DNA from: Deltaproteobacteria bacterium
GTDB lineage: Bacteria; Desulfobacterota; Binatia; UBA12015
Length of the DNA stretch: 64,000 nucleotides
Assembly: GCA_046583355.1 (NCBI GenBank)
Contig: JAYGCM010000087.1
Span: 50,626-114,625, forward strand
Direction: 5' to 3'
Shown here: positions 9,278-18,576 of the stretch, piece after piece
Layout of the letters: each line of letters starts with the position of its first letter
Position numbering within the stretch: position 1 is the first letter of the stretch
Notes under the pieces: generated by a model
The model's input: the letters and a program-made list of their open reading frames with translations, nothing else
Told to the model about the DNA's origin: nothing
Databases searched by the model: none
Made by a program: the position numbers and the translations under genes

Positions 9278-10342
9278 GTGAAGGTCGTTTTCATCATCGA
9301 GGACTCGCTGCCGAATCGGGCGGTGAGTCCTTCGACGACTCCGCATCTCTGGAAATTCATGGCGGCCGGTGCGTGCCACGCCGCCGGAGGGCGCGCGGTG
9401 CTGAGTACCGCCACTTACCCGAACCACGCGAGTTTCATCACCGGAGCCGTGCCCGAAGCACATGGGGTGGTGACCAATCGAGTCTGGGATGGCGCGCGAT
9501 TCGTCTGCGCTTCCGGGATCGGGCCGACCAGCGAGACCCTCTTTGCGGCGGCGCGCCGCGCCGGCGTGTCTACCTCGGCGGTATTGGGCGACCAAAAACT
9601 TGTCGGTGTGATGGGCGCTGTCGCGGCCGACGGCCATTGGCCCCCACGGGGATTGCTTCCCGAGGGGACTCTGCTCGACGAGTTTCAATACGCGACCGAC
9701 GCGGCCGTATTGGGGGCCCTCGGGGAGACCGCGGCCTTGGAGGCCGATCTTGCCGTTGTGCACCTGAATGATCCGGATACCGCCTGCCACCTCTTCGGGC
9801 CTGATTCGGAAGAAGCGCGCGTGCGTTTCCAAGCAACCGATGCGGCCTTTGGTCAGATTCTCGAAATGCTGGCACCCGGGTGGGAAGACACGATCGTCTT
9901 TGTTGTCAGTGACCACGATCAGGAAACGATGCTCGACGAGCCGGCAATCGATCTCGCGGCCATCTTGGCGGAACGCGGTCTGCCGGGCAAGGTGGTCTCC
10001 GAAGGCACGACCGCACAGGTCGTGCAGGGCCCGACGCTTGACGAATTACGCGCGCTACCGGGCGTTACCGGGGTTGCCGCCAGCGGCAGCGGTAGGAGTC
10101 TGGTCTGGGGCGCGCCGGGAACAGCCTTCGGCACGGTCGATTGGCGCCTTAAAGGCGGCCACGGCAGTCCGCGCACGGATACCCAGGTGGCGGCGGTCGG
10201 CGGCGGCCACCCTTTGGTCGAGCCGCTCGGCGACTCTCTGCGCGTTCGTCGCCCGGACGCGACCGATTGGGCACCGACCATGGCGGCTCTTTTGGGCTTC
10301 GCCCTGGCCGACGCAACCGGCACGCCTCTGCTCGCTTCTTGA
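9278..10342 (+). CDS. Alkaline phosphatase superfamily / nucleotide pyrophosphatase-phosphodiesterase
   Basis: IIEDS, ATYPNHASFITG..HGVVTN, NDPDTACH, VVSDH, GGHGS motifs. Confidence 0.85.
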   Translation: MKVVFIIEDSLPNRAVSPSTTPHLWKFMAAGACHAAGGRAVLSTATYPNHASFITGAVPEAHGVVTNRVWDGARFVCASGIGPTSETLFAAARRAGVSTSAVLGDQKLVGVMGAVAADGHWPPRGLLPEGTLLDEFQYATDAAVLGALGETAALEADLAVVHLNDPDTACHLFGPDSEEARVRFQATDAAFGQILEMLAPGWEDTIVFVVSDHDQETMLDEPAIDLAAILAERGLPGKVVSEGTTAQVVQGPTLDELRALPGVTGVAASGSGRSLVWGAPGTAFGTVDWRLKGGHGSPRTDTQVAAVGGGHPLVEPLGDSLRVRRPDATDWAPTMAALLGFALADATGTPLLAS

Positions 10343-10372
10343 GGGCAGAGCGTCGTGCGCCTGTGGATGGTT

Positions 10373-10798
10373 TCAGCGGTAGCTGGAGATCCAATCGTCC
10401 TGGCGGCGGCACCAGTCGAGGTGCTTGCGGTCAAGCGCGGTGGCCGAGACGCGCCGATTCTCCCAGACGAAGGTGGCCTCCGCCGCGGTGAATTCGGCAA
10501 GGAAATCGCCGAAGGCTGCCGTGCGATTGGTTGCGCGCTGGCTCCGGATGGTCTCGGCTACGATCGGTGCTGCCAGCGCCTCGTAGAGTTTGCGCGATTT
10601 CGCGCGCCCGGCGAGTTTATGAAACCCGAGGACACGCGGTGCCCCGTCATTGCATAGGGTGATGGCGGCGAGCTGGTAGGGCGTGAGCTGATCTCGCCCA
10701 TCGCCCTCCGCCGAGCGGTTCTCACACCCCGCCAGACCCAGCCCGAAGGCCAGCAAAGCGACCCATTGCCCACGCCTTGCCTGTCCCCGGAATCGCAC
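10373..10798 (-). CDS. Hypothetical lipoprotein
   Basis: Likely GTG start at 10798: MRFRGQARRGQWVALLAFGLGLAGC lipobox; divergent from SulP. Confidence 0.6.
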   Translation of the reverse strand: MRFRGQARRGQWVALLAFGLGLAGCENRSAEGDGRDQLTPYQLAAITLCNDGAPRVLGFHKLAGRAKSRKLYEALAAPIVAETIRSQRATNRTAAFGDFLAEFTAAEATFVWENRRVSATALDRKHLDWCRRQDDWISSYR

Positions 10799-10938
10799 GC
10801 CTTCATCCTCGCCGCTCCGGCCCCCATTTGCCACTCCCACCAACAAGCGGCCAACAAGGGGACGAATTTCGGTACACGTCCCCTGAAGGAGACGGGGTGG
10901 GTGGCCTTCGGTGGGGGGCTTTGGCAGGGTGGGGCGAG

Positions 10939-12669
10939 ATGGGGGATGTGCGGGGATATGGGGGGCGGGGTTTGTTGCGGGACCTTTCGGCGGGGCTTGT
11001 GGTGGCGGCGCTGGCGGTGCCGCAGGGTGTGGCCTACGCGCTGATCGCGGGGTTGCCGCCGGCGATGGGGCTTTATGCCGCGGGGTTGCCTGCGGTTGCG
11101 GCGGGGTTGGTGCGCTCTTCGCGCTATGTCGTCGCCGGTCCCTCCAACGCGCTCTCTTTGTTGGTGGGTGGTTCGGTGGCCGCCTTGGCGGTCTCGGAGG
11201 GGACCGATCCGGTCTCTATCGCGATTGCGCTCGCCCTATGGGTGGGGCTTGTTCAGTTGGCGGCGGGCGTGCTGCGTCTGGGCGTGGCCGTGGGCTATAT
11301 ATCGGCTTCTGTCGTGCTCGGCTATATTGCGGGTGCGGCGACGTTGATCGTCTGGGGTCAGTTGCCGAATTTGGCCGGGAATCTGGAGATGGCGGTGGGG
11401 CTGGGCTCGGCGCTCGGCATGGTTCTGCTTGGCCGGATCGGCCGGTTCTTTCCGGCGGCGTTGGTATCGATCGGCTCGGTGACCGCCATCGCTTGGTTTG
11501 CCGAATTGCCTTTGGCGACGGTGGCGGACCTGGCAAAGGTGCCGGCCGAGTTGCCGCGGCTCACCATTCCCTTCGAGATGCCGATCGCGACGCATCTCGC
11601 GCTTTTGCCGGCTGCGATTGCTGCCTCGGTTCTTTCGCTTGTCGAGTCAACCGCTGTGGGGCGCAAGCTCGCCAGCGCGAGCGGCGAGAGGGTGGACACC
11701 AATCGCGAGATCATCGGCCAGGGTGCGGCGAATATCGCGGCCTCCTTCGTGGGTGGCTACCCGGTCAGCGGCAGTCTGGGTCGCTCGGTTCTGAATCATT
11801 CGGCGGGTGCGCAGACCCGTTTTGCGGGGATCGCCTCGGGCATTTTCGTTTTGCTCGCTGTGGTGGTCGGCGCGCCCTTGGTCGACGCCATTCCGATCGC
11901 GAGCCTTGCCGGCATGTTGCTCGTGCTGGCCTGGGGCCTGATCGATTTCCGCTCGATCCAGCGTGCCTTGCGCGGCAGCTTGGGTGACTCGGCTGCCTTG
12001 GTGGTTACCTTTGTCGGTACCTGGACGCTGCGCCTCGATCACGCGATCTACCTGGGCGTTGGCGTGAGCATCGTGCTCTTCCTGCGCCGCGCGCAGATGC
12101 TGGTCGTGCGTGAATTACAAGTCGGGACGGATGGTCGTCTATGGGAAGCCAAGGGGCGCAGTTGCCGGGTGGTGCGCGTGCTGCACGCCGAGGGGCCGCT
12201 CTTTTTCGCAGCCGCCTCCGAACTGCAAAACGCGCTCGATGCCGCGCTTGCCGACGAGAAACTCCAGGTTCTTCTGCTGCGGCTCAAGCGAACACAGGGG
12301 CTGGATCTGTCGGCCGCGCAGGTGCTTGAAGAGACGGCGGTTCGGCTGGCGGCGCGCGGCGGCCGGCTGCTTCTGGTCGGCCTGCTGCCGGACCCGATGG
12401 CGCTGCTGGCGCGCACGGGCATTGCCGCGGTGATCGGCGAGGAGAATATCTTCCCCACGCAGGCCGGTTGGTTCGTCGCGATGGATCAGGCACTCGCCGT
12501 CGCCATGGCGCATGATGATCACGAGGGTGGTTGCCCGCTTTTGGCCTATCTCGCGACGCGCGACGGGCGCCCGATTCCCGACGGCGAGGTGCACCGCGAC
12601 GATGCCGATGCGGCGCAAGCGGAGGAAGAGCATAAAGGAAGCCGCGCAGACCCTGCGCGAGAGAGGTGA
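10939..12669 (+). CDS. SulP family inorganic anion transporter with STAS domain
   Basis: DLSAGLVVAALAVPQGVAYALIAG, NREIIGQGAAN, GSLGRS, EGPLFFA (STAS). Start moved from 10777 to the ATG at 10939. Confidence 0.92.
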   Translation: MGDVRGYGGRGLLRDLSAGLVVAALAVPQGVAYALIAGLPPAMGLYAAGLPAVAAGLVRSSRYVVAGPSNALSLLVGGSVAALAVSEGTDPVSIAIALALWVGLVQLAAGVLRLGVAVGYISASVVLGYIAGAATLIVWGQLPNLAGNLEMAVGLGSALGMVLLGRIGRFFPAALVSIGSVTAIAWFAELPLATVADLAKVPAELPRLTIPFEMPIATHLALLPAAIAASVLSLVESTAVGRKLASASGERVDTNREIIGQGAANIAASFVGGYPVSGSLGRSVLNHSAGAQTRFAGIASGIFVLLAVVVGAPLVDAIPIASLAGMLLVLAWGLIDFRSIQRALRGSLGDSAALVVTFVGTWTLRLDHAIYLGVGVSIVLFLRRAQMLVVRELQVGTDGRLWEAKGRSCRVVRVLHAEGPLFFAAASELQNALDAALADEKLQVLLLRLKRTQGLDLSAAQVLEETAVRLAARGGRLLLVGLLPDPMALLARTGIAAVIGEENIFPTQAGWFVAMDQALAVAMAHDDHEGGCPLLAYLATRDGRPIPDGEVHRDDADAAQAEEEHKGSRADPARER

Positions 12670-12672
12670 ACG

Positions 12673-14463
12673 ATGGCGGACGTGATTGAGGCCGATTGGG
12701 ATATGACGTCGTACTTCCCCGAGCATGGAGGCGGGGTCTACCGGGCATTTCGTGAGGAGTTGGTGGCGGATGTTGCCGAGCTCCGCCGGGCCCTGCCGGG
12801 TCTGGGCGCCATCGACGCCGAGGGGTTGGAGCGCTGGGAGGCGTGGCTGCTCCGGTTGGAAGATGTCGCTGCCCGCAACCGGCACCTCGGCTCCTACCTG
12901 GGCTGCCTTTCTGCGGCGGATGCGCGCGACCAGGCGGTCGCCGCCGATGTCGCCGCCGGAGCGGCCCTGCGCGCGGAGATCGAGAAGGCCCTGGTGGGTC
13001 TGCGTTCGTCTCTGCGCGACGCCGCTGAAGAGGATTTCGGCGCGCTACTTGCGCGCGACGCGCTCGCGCCGGTGGCCTGGTACCTGCGTCAGGCGCGTTT
13101 GCGCTCCCTCTTCAGCATGCAGAGCGCGCTCGAAGGCCTGGCGGCAGACCTCGGCGTCGATGGCATTGCCGCCTGGGGACGGCTCTACGACAATCTCTCC
13201 AGCGCACTCGAATTCGATTTCGAGTCGCCCGATGGGGCGATTCAGCGCTTGCCGATCTCGCGCGCCCGCAGCCTGATGGGTGACGCCGACCCGGCCGTGC
13301 GACGCGCTTCATTTGCCGGCGCGAACCGCGCCTGGGAGACGCAACTCGAGACCTGTGCGGCCGCGCTCAACGCGATTGCCGGGACGCGGCTGACGCTCTA
13401 CGAGCGCCGCGGTGTCGAGCATTTTCTCGACCCGGCTTGCTTCGACTCGGGGGTCTCGCGGCGCACCCTGGCGACCATGATCGGCGTGGCGCGCGATCGG
13501 GCCGAGGTGGCGCGACGTATCTTGCGCGAGCGGGCCCGCCGCATGGGGCTGGATGGTCTCGCCTTTGCCGACCTTGAGGCCCCCTGCGGCTCGTCGGCCA
13601 GCGCGCGGATCTCCTTCGAGGATGCGGCCGCGCGCACCACCGATGCCTTTCATCGCTTCTACCCCGCACTCGGCCATTTCGCGGCCGAGGCCGTGGCGAA
13701 GCGCTGGATCGACCATTCCCCACGTCCCGGCAAACGTCCCGGCGGCTTCTGTTCGTCCTCGCCACGGCTAGCGGAGAGTCGTATTTTCATGACCTTTGAC
13801 GGCGCTTTGGGCGATGTCTCGACGCTGGCTCATGAGCTGGGCCATGCGTGGCATTCCCGGGTGATGGTCGATATGCGCCCGTGGGCGCGGGGCTACCCGA
13901 TGACGCTGGCGGAGACAGCATCGACCTTCGCCGAGCAGATTCTGATCGATCGGATTCTCTCGGATCCGGCGGCCGGGCAGGCGGAGAAGGCCGAGGTGCT
14001 CGAGGGGCGTCTCGCCGACGCGACCGCGTTCCTCCTGAATACGACAATGCGCTTTACCTTCGAGGAGGCATTCTACACTGAACGTGCGGCCGGCGAAGTG
14101 AGCGCGCAGCGCCTCGGCGAGCTGATGGTCGAGCATCAGCGTTCCTGGTACGGCGATGCGCTCGCCGACGACGGCCTCGACCCGTATTTCTGGGCCTCGA
14201 AGCTCCATTTCTATATCACCGGCCTGTCTTTTTATAATTTCCCCTACACCTTCGGCTACCTTTTCAGTCAGGGCCTTTTCGCTCGGGCGAAGGCCGAGGG
14301 CGCCGATTTTCTCCCGCGCTATGAAGCCCTTCTGCGTGACACCGGTTCGGCTCCGGCCGAGGAAGTGGCGCGCCGGCATCTGGATGTGGACCTCGAGAAA
14401 CCTGAATTCTGGAATGCCTCGATCGATCTGGTTGCGGAGGATCTCGAAATCTTTGTGAAATAA
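12673..14463 (+). CDS. pepF: Oligoendopeptidase F (peptidase M3B)
   Basis: KRPGGFC, TLAHELGHAWH zinc motif, LAETASTFAE, FYNFPYTFGYL. Confidence 0.92.
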   Translation: MADVIEADWDMTSYFPEHGGGVYRAFREELVADVAELRRALPGLGAIDAEGLERWEAWLLRLEDVAARNRHLGSYLGCLSAADARDQAVAADVAAGAALRAEIEKALVGLRSSLRDAAEEDFGALLARDALAPVAWYLRQARLRSLFSMQSALEGLAADLGVDGIAAWGRLYDNLSSALEFDFESPDGAIQRLPISRARSLMGDADPAVRRASFAGANRAWETQLETCAAALNAIAGTRLTLYERRGVEHFLDPACFDSGVSRRTLATMIGVARDRAEVARRILRERARRMGLDGLAFADLEAPCGSSASARISFEDAAARTTDAFHRFYPALGHFAAEAVAKRWIDHSPRPGKRPGGFCSSSPRLAESRIFMTFDGALGDVSTLAHELGHAWHSRVMVDMRPWARGYPMTLAETASTFAEQILIDRILSDPAAGQAEKAEVLEGRLADATAFLLNTTMRFTFEEAFYTERAAGEVSAQRLGELMVEHQRSWYGDALADDGLDPYFWASKLHFYITGLSFYNFPYTFGYLFSQGLFARAKAEGADFLPRYEALLRDTGSAPAEEVARRHLDVDLEKPEFWNASIDLVAEDLEIFVK

Positions 14464-14640
14464 GGCGCCCGCACTCAATTCATGAGCGCCGCGAGCCGAA
14501 CTCCTGTATAGGGGCCTTGCCGGAACGGGGTTTCCCGAGATCGCGGGTCGGTCGGTTTGTCTGTTGGACAAGTGTTGAACAAGGGTTGTCTTGGGTCGTC
14601 CAACAGGGAAGAGATTGCGAGAGGGAGGGAGGGTCGAGAA

Positions 14641-14838
14641 ATGATTGTACGAATGCTGAATTCATCGCAGAACCAAAGCGGGGATGCCTATATGATCCAC
14701 CGTGAGTTGCTCGATCTACCTGAGGAGCGTGCCCTGCAACTCGTCGTTGAGGGGCTTTGTGTGGTCGTGCCGCCCGAGTCGGGTATGGCCGGTGCAATGA
14801 CGCTGCCGGACCCCGCCGTCCGCAAGCCACGACCCTGA
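14641..14838 (+). CDS. Small hypothetical protein (about 65 aa)
   Basis: Purine-rich SD GAGGGAGGGAGGG upstream of ATG 14641; MIVRMLNSSQNQSGDAYMIHRELLDLPEERALQLVVEGLCVVV...; fills an otherwise empty intergenic gap. Confidence 0.5.
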   Translation: MIVRMLNSSQNQSGDAYMIHRELLDLPEERALQLVVEGLCVVVPPESGMAGAMTLPDPAVRKPRP

Positions 14839-14904
14839 GGCCCGATCGGCTTTGTCGGGGCGGGTGTCGTTGCACTTTCCGGCGGGACCTCTACCCATAA
14901 TCCT

Positions 14905-15876
14905 GTGTATCGCGAAGAAATTCAGGTCTTGGATTGTACCGTCCGTGACGGCGGTCTGATCAACCAATATCAGTTCAAGGACGAGTTTGTGCAGTCCTGC
15001 TACCGCGCCGCCTGTGAGGCTGGCGTAGATTGGTGGGAGATCGGCAAAAAACTCGAAGTCAGCGAGCAATATTCACGTGCCGAATGGGGTGCCTGGAATT
15101 TTTGCGCTGATGACGATATCAAGCGCGTGATTGACTCCCATGACGGCGAGCAGCGCGCGAAAGTCGCCGTGATGTACGATGTCGGCCGGGTGGATGTCTC
15201 CAAGTTGGGGCCGGTCGACCAGGGGCCGATCGATATGGTCCGGACGGCCTGTTACGTCGCCGATATCGACAAGGGTATCGACCTCGTGCGTCGCACCAAG
15301 GATCTGGGCTACGCCACGACACTCAATATCATGGCGCCTTCGGCGGCCATCGAGAGCGAGTTGGTCGAGGGCTTGGCTGAGGTGAATGAAGTCGAGGAAA
15401 TCGACTTCCTCTATCTGGTCGATAGTTTCGGTTCGCTCTACTCCGAGCAGATCACCGCCTACGTCAAGCTCTATCGCAAGCACGCGCCGAACAAGCAGTT
15501 GGGCTTTCACGGGCACAACAACCAGCAACTCGCGTTCGCCAATACGCAGCAGGCGATCATCGACGGTGTGAATTTGCTCGACGCGACGGTCAACGGAATC
15601 GGTCGCGGTGCGGGCAATTGCAACCTCGAATTGCTGCTGCAGTTTCTGAAGAATCCCAAATTTGATGTCCGACCGATCTACCGCTGCATTCAGGAGGAAT
15701 TTCTCTCGCTGCGCCAGGAGATCGAGTGGGGCTACAACGATATCTACGGGATCAGCGGTTGCCTGAACCAGCATCCGCGGGCCGCCATGAAGCAACGCGG
15801 CAAGGGCGGCGCGAAGGACGATTGTTTCGACTTCCTGCTCGAGTGCACGGAGCTCGACGAGGCACCGCTGGACTGA
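14905..15876 (+). CDS. DRE-TIM metallolyase (4-hydroxy-2-oxovalerate aldolase/HMGL-like catalytic domain)
   Basis: LDCTVRDGG, LYLVDSFGS, GFHGHNNQQLAFAN, GIGRGAGNCNLE. Confidence 0.85.
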   Translation: MYREEIQVLDCTVRDGGLINQYQFKDEFVQSCYRAACEAGVDWWEIGKKLEVSEQYSRAEWGAWNFCADDDIKRVIDSHDGEQRAKVAVMYDVGRVDVSKLGPVDQGPIDMVRTACYVADIDKGIDLVRRTKDLGYATTLNIMAPSAAIESELVEGLAEVNEVEEIDFLYLVDSFGSLYSEQITAYVKLYRKHAPNKQLGFHGHNNQQLAFANTQQAIIDGVNLLDATVNGIGRGAGNCNLELLLQFLKNPKFDVRPIYRCIQEEFLSLRQEIEWGYNDIYGISGCLNQHPRAAMKQRGKGGAKDDCFDFLLECTELDEAPLD

Positions 15877-15904
15877 GCGCGCCTTGCTCGCGAGTCGATC
15901 GCGT

Positions 15905-17023
15905 TCAGCTGAGTTCGCGCAACAACGCGTGCACGCCGCGGGCCGTGCGCTCCCAAGAGAACTTCGCGGCACGAGTGCGGCCGCGCGCGCTCTGATTCGC
16001 CCGCCGGGCGGGATCGTCAAGTAATTCGGCCAGGCAGACGGCGAGTTCCTCGGTGTTCTTCGGGTTGAAATAGACGGGCACGTCGCCGCCGACTTCATAG
16101 GAGGCGGCGGTCCGGCTGGCCAGGACGGGTGCGCCGGCCGCCATCGCTTCGAGGACCGGCAGGCCGAAGCCCTCGTAGAGGGACGGCGAGACGAAGAGTT
16201 CGGCAGCGGCATAGAATCCGGGTAGATCTCGCGCTTCGACGTAGCCGTATCTTTGGACGCGGCCCGCGGCGATTTCGGCCGCGAGTCGCCGCTCCAATTC
16301 GCGGTCGCGCCAGCCGCTGCCGCCGAGCACGACCAGTTTGACCTCGCCGCTGCGCAGCGCCGGTATATGGGGCAGCGCCTTGAGCAGGCGCAGCAGGTTC
16401 TTGCGCGGCTCCAAGGTGCCAACGAAGAGCAGATAATGCTTCGGCAAAGCATGCGTGCGGCGGAAGGCCGTTGCGTCGAAATGCGCCGGATCCACAAAAA
16501 ATTGCGGCGCGACGCCATTCGGGACAGCGCGGACTCGCGTTTGGTCGAAGGCCTTCCAGTCGAGAATTTCGCGCCGTGTGCTCTCCGAGACGCAATAGAT
16601 CAGGTCGGCTTCCTCCAGACTCTTCTCGACCCAGAGCTTCGCGATCAGCGCGTTATGCCGCGCCATGGTCTCCGGGAAGCGGCGAAAGACGAGGTCGTGC
16701 ATCTGCAGCAGTACGCGGGTGCGCGGCGGCTTCTGGCGCGGGCCCACCTGGAGCGTCGCCCAATGGATCTGGCTGCCGGAGTTCCGCAGCGCGGCGCCCA
16801 ACCCGTAGCGAAAAAAGAGCGACCCCGCGCGGCGCAAAAGCCGCGGCGCCATCGTGATCGGCAGGCCGTCTTCGGCGGCGCTTGCCTCCAAGGGGCGGCT
16901 GGCGAGTAGCAGGTACTCGTCGTCCGGGTCTAATTGCCGCAGCGCGCGCAGGGTTTCGCGCAACGCGATTCCCGTGCCGGTCAGCGGCGGGGCTAGCGAA
17001 CGGGCGTCGATCGCAACCTTCAT
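15905..17023 (-). CDS. Glycosyltransferase family 4
   Basis: MKVAIDAR, VGTLEPRKN, PSLYEGFGLPVLEAMAAG. Confidence 0.92.
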   Translation of the reverse strand: MKVAIDARSLAPPLTGTGIALRETLRALRQLDPDDEYLLLASRPLEASAAEDGLPITMAPRLLRRAGSLFFRYGLGAALRNSGSQIHWATLQVGPRQKPPRTRVLLQMHDLVFRRFPETMARHNALIAKLWVEKSLEEADLIYCVSESTRREILDWKAFDQTRVRAVPNGVAPQFFVDPAHFDATAFRRTHALPKHYLLFVGTLEPRKNLLRLLKALPHIPALRSGEVKLVVLGGSGWRDRELERRLAAEIAAGRVQRYGYVEARDLPGFYAAAELFVSPSLYEGFGLPVLEAMAAGAPVLASRTAASYEVGGDVPVYFNPKNTEELAVCLAELLDDPARRANQSARGRTRAAKFSWERTARGVHALLRELS

Positions 17024-17073
17024 CGCGAGTCTGCCCGCCACCACCTATACCGCCGCATGTGGCAAAGCGTTTA

Positions 17074-18060
17074 TCAGATCGCTTGCCGGCCTCCCACCCG
17101 GGGGAGGACCTCGGCGCCGATACGCTCGAGCACGGCGGCGTCGATGCCGCCGGAGAGCACCATATGCGTCAGGCCCCATTCGGCCTCGCGACGCTGCAAT
17201 TCCTCGACCCATTGGTCGGCTGTGCCGACCAGGGCGATCGGCATGCGGCGGGCAACCTCGGGGGCAAGCCCGAAGCCACCGGCGACGGCAGCAGTCATCT
17301 GCTCGGTCTGCTCTTCGTTGTCGGTGAGGATCGCGATGAATGCGGTGGTCGAGATCTGGATCTCACGGCCGTGTTTGGCGGCCTCCTCGCGAACGAAATC
17401 GACTTTCTTCTTGAAGCCATCTTCGGCGAGCTTGGCGACCTCGGTCATCAGGACGGTGCCAGCCTTGCCGGTATCGACGATGATATTCACGGTAGCGGCA
17501 TGCTTCGCCGCGATGCGCAGAAGCCCCTTGCCGCTTCCCCCGAGCACGACGGGCGGCGGAGCGGCGACCGGCTTGGCGGGCAGGAAGGCATCTTTGAGAT
17601 GGTAGAACTCGCCGTCAAAGGTGGTGCGCTCTTCGGTCCAGAGGGAGTGGATGACGGTGAGCGCCTCGTCGAGCTGCCGCAGGCGCGGTTTGATGTCGGG
17701 GAAGGGGACACCCGTCATATCGAATTCCGCTTTGGTCCAGCCTGCACCGAGGCCGAGGATGGCACGCCCGCCGGAGATCTGGTCGAGCGTCGCCATGGCT
17801 TGGGCGGTGCTTGCGGGGTGGCGGAAGAGATTGCAGAGCACGAGCCCGCCGATCTCGATTTTCTCGGTTGCCTGGGCCATCGCGCCGAGAATCGCGATGG
17901 CCTCCCAGGCCGGTGTGTTCGGGTCGAGTGCGCCTGCGCCCGGAGGCTCCATGGCGAAATGGTCCGGTACGAAGGCGTTCTTGATGCCGATCGCCTCGGC
18001 CTTCTGCGCCATGGTGATGATTTCCTGGGTGGACCCGTTCAGCTGAATTCCGAATTCCAT
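17074..18060 (-). CDS. LLM-class (luciferase-like, probably F420-dependent) oxidoreductase
   Basis: Start MEFGIQLNG (18060); VPDHF, NLFRHPA, TLDQISGGRAILGLGAGW, FDGEFY. Confidence 0.9.
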   Translation of the reverse strand: MEFGIQLNGSTQEIITMAQKAEAIGIKNAFVPDHFAMEPPGAGALDPNTPAWEAIAILGAMAQATEKIEIGGLVLCNLFRHPASTAQAMATLDQISGGRAILGLGAGWTKAEFDMTGVPFPDIKPRLRQLDEALTVIHSLWTEERTTFDGEFYHLKDAFLPAKPVAAPPPVVLGGSGKGLLRIAAKHAATVNIIVDTGKAGTVLMTEVAKLAEDGFKKKVDFVREEAAKHGREIQISTTAFIAILTDNEEQTEQMTAAVAGGFGLAPEVARRMPIALVGTADQWVEELQRREAEWGLTHMVLSGGIDAAVLERIGAEVLPRVGGRQAI

Positions 18061-18070
18061 TGGCTGAGTT

Positions 18071-18520
18071 CTAACGCTGTATCGGGCCTCCGACAACGCC
18101 GCGCCGCGCTTCGATTTCCTCGGCGGAAACCCAACGCCCGCTGGAGCGGAAGCCCCAATCCTGCCGACGACGGCCGACCGCAACAAGCGACCAGGCGTCC
18201 GTGCATTGCGAGAGGCGATGCGCGTGGCGGGGTGAAAAGCGGCGCAGGTAGGGTGCCCGGAAATGGAACGATTCCATGCTGCCATCTTCGGCGAGGACAT
18301 CCTCATGGTAGGAGCCGCGGAAGAGAAACGAGACGAAGACGCGCGGATGGTTATGCGGTTCTTCGGGATCGTCGAGGCGGAAATGGTGCAGGTAGAGGCG
18401 CCGGTCGCGGAAGTGCGCCACCACCCAACGGTCGAGATAGGTCACGCCACCGCGCCCGATGGCCTCGTAGCGGAAGAGGCGCGAGAGCCATCTTCCCATG
18501 CGGTTCAGGTCCGAACTCAT
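18071..18520 (-). CDS. Small cupin-like metal-binding protein
   Basis: YLDRW...LYLHHFRLDD..PHNHP..FVSFLFRGSYHE...HAHRL...WSLVAVG...WGF; sits between the BVMO and LLM genes on the same strand. Confidence 0.7.
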   Translation of the reverse strand: MSSDLNRMGRWLSRLFRYEAIGRGGVTYLDRWVVAHFRDRRLYLHHFRLDDPEEPHNHPRVFVSFLFRGSYHEDVLAEDGSMESFHFRAPYLRRFSPRHAHRLSQCTDAWSLVAVGRRRQDWGFRSSGRWVSAEEIEARRGVVGGPIQR

Positions 18521-18576
18521 GGCAGCGAGAGAAGCGTTCTTCGGCCGGCCGGGCAAGCCCTTGGAATGCCCGGCGT

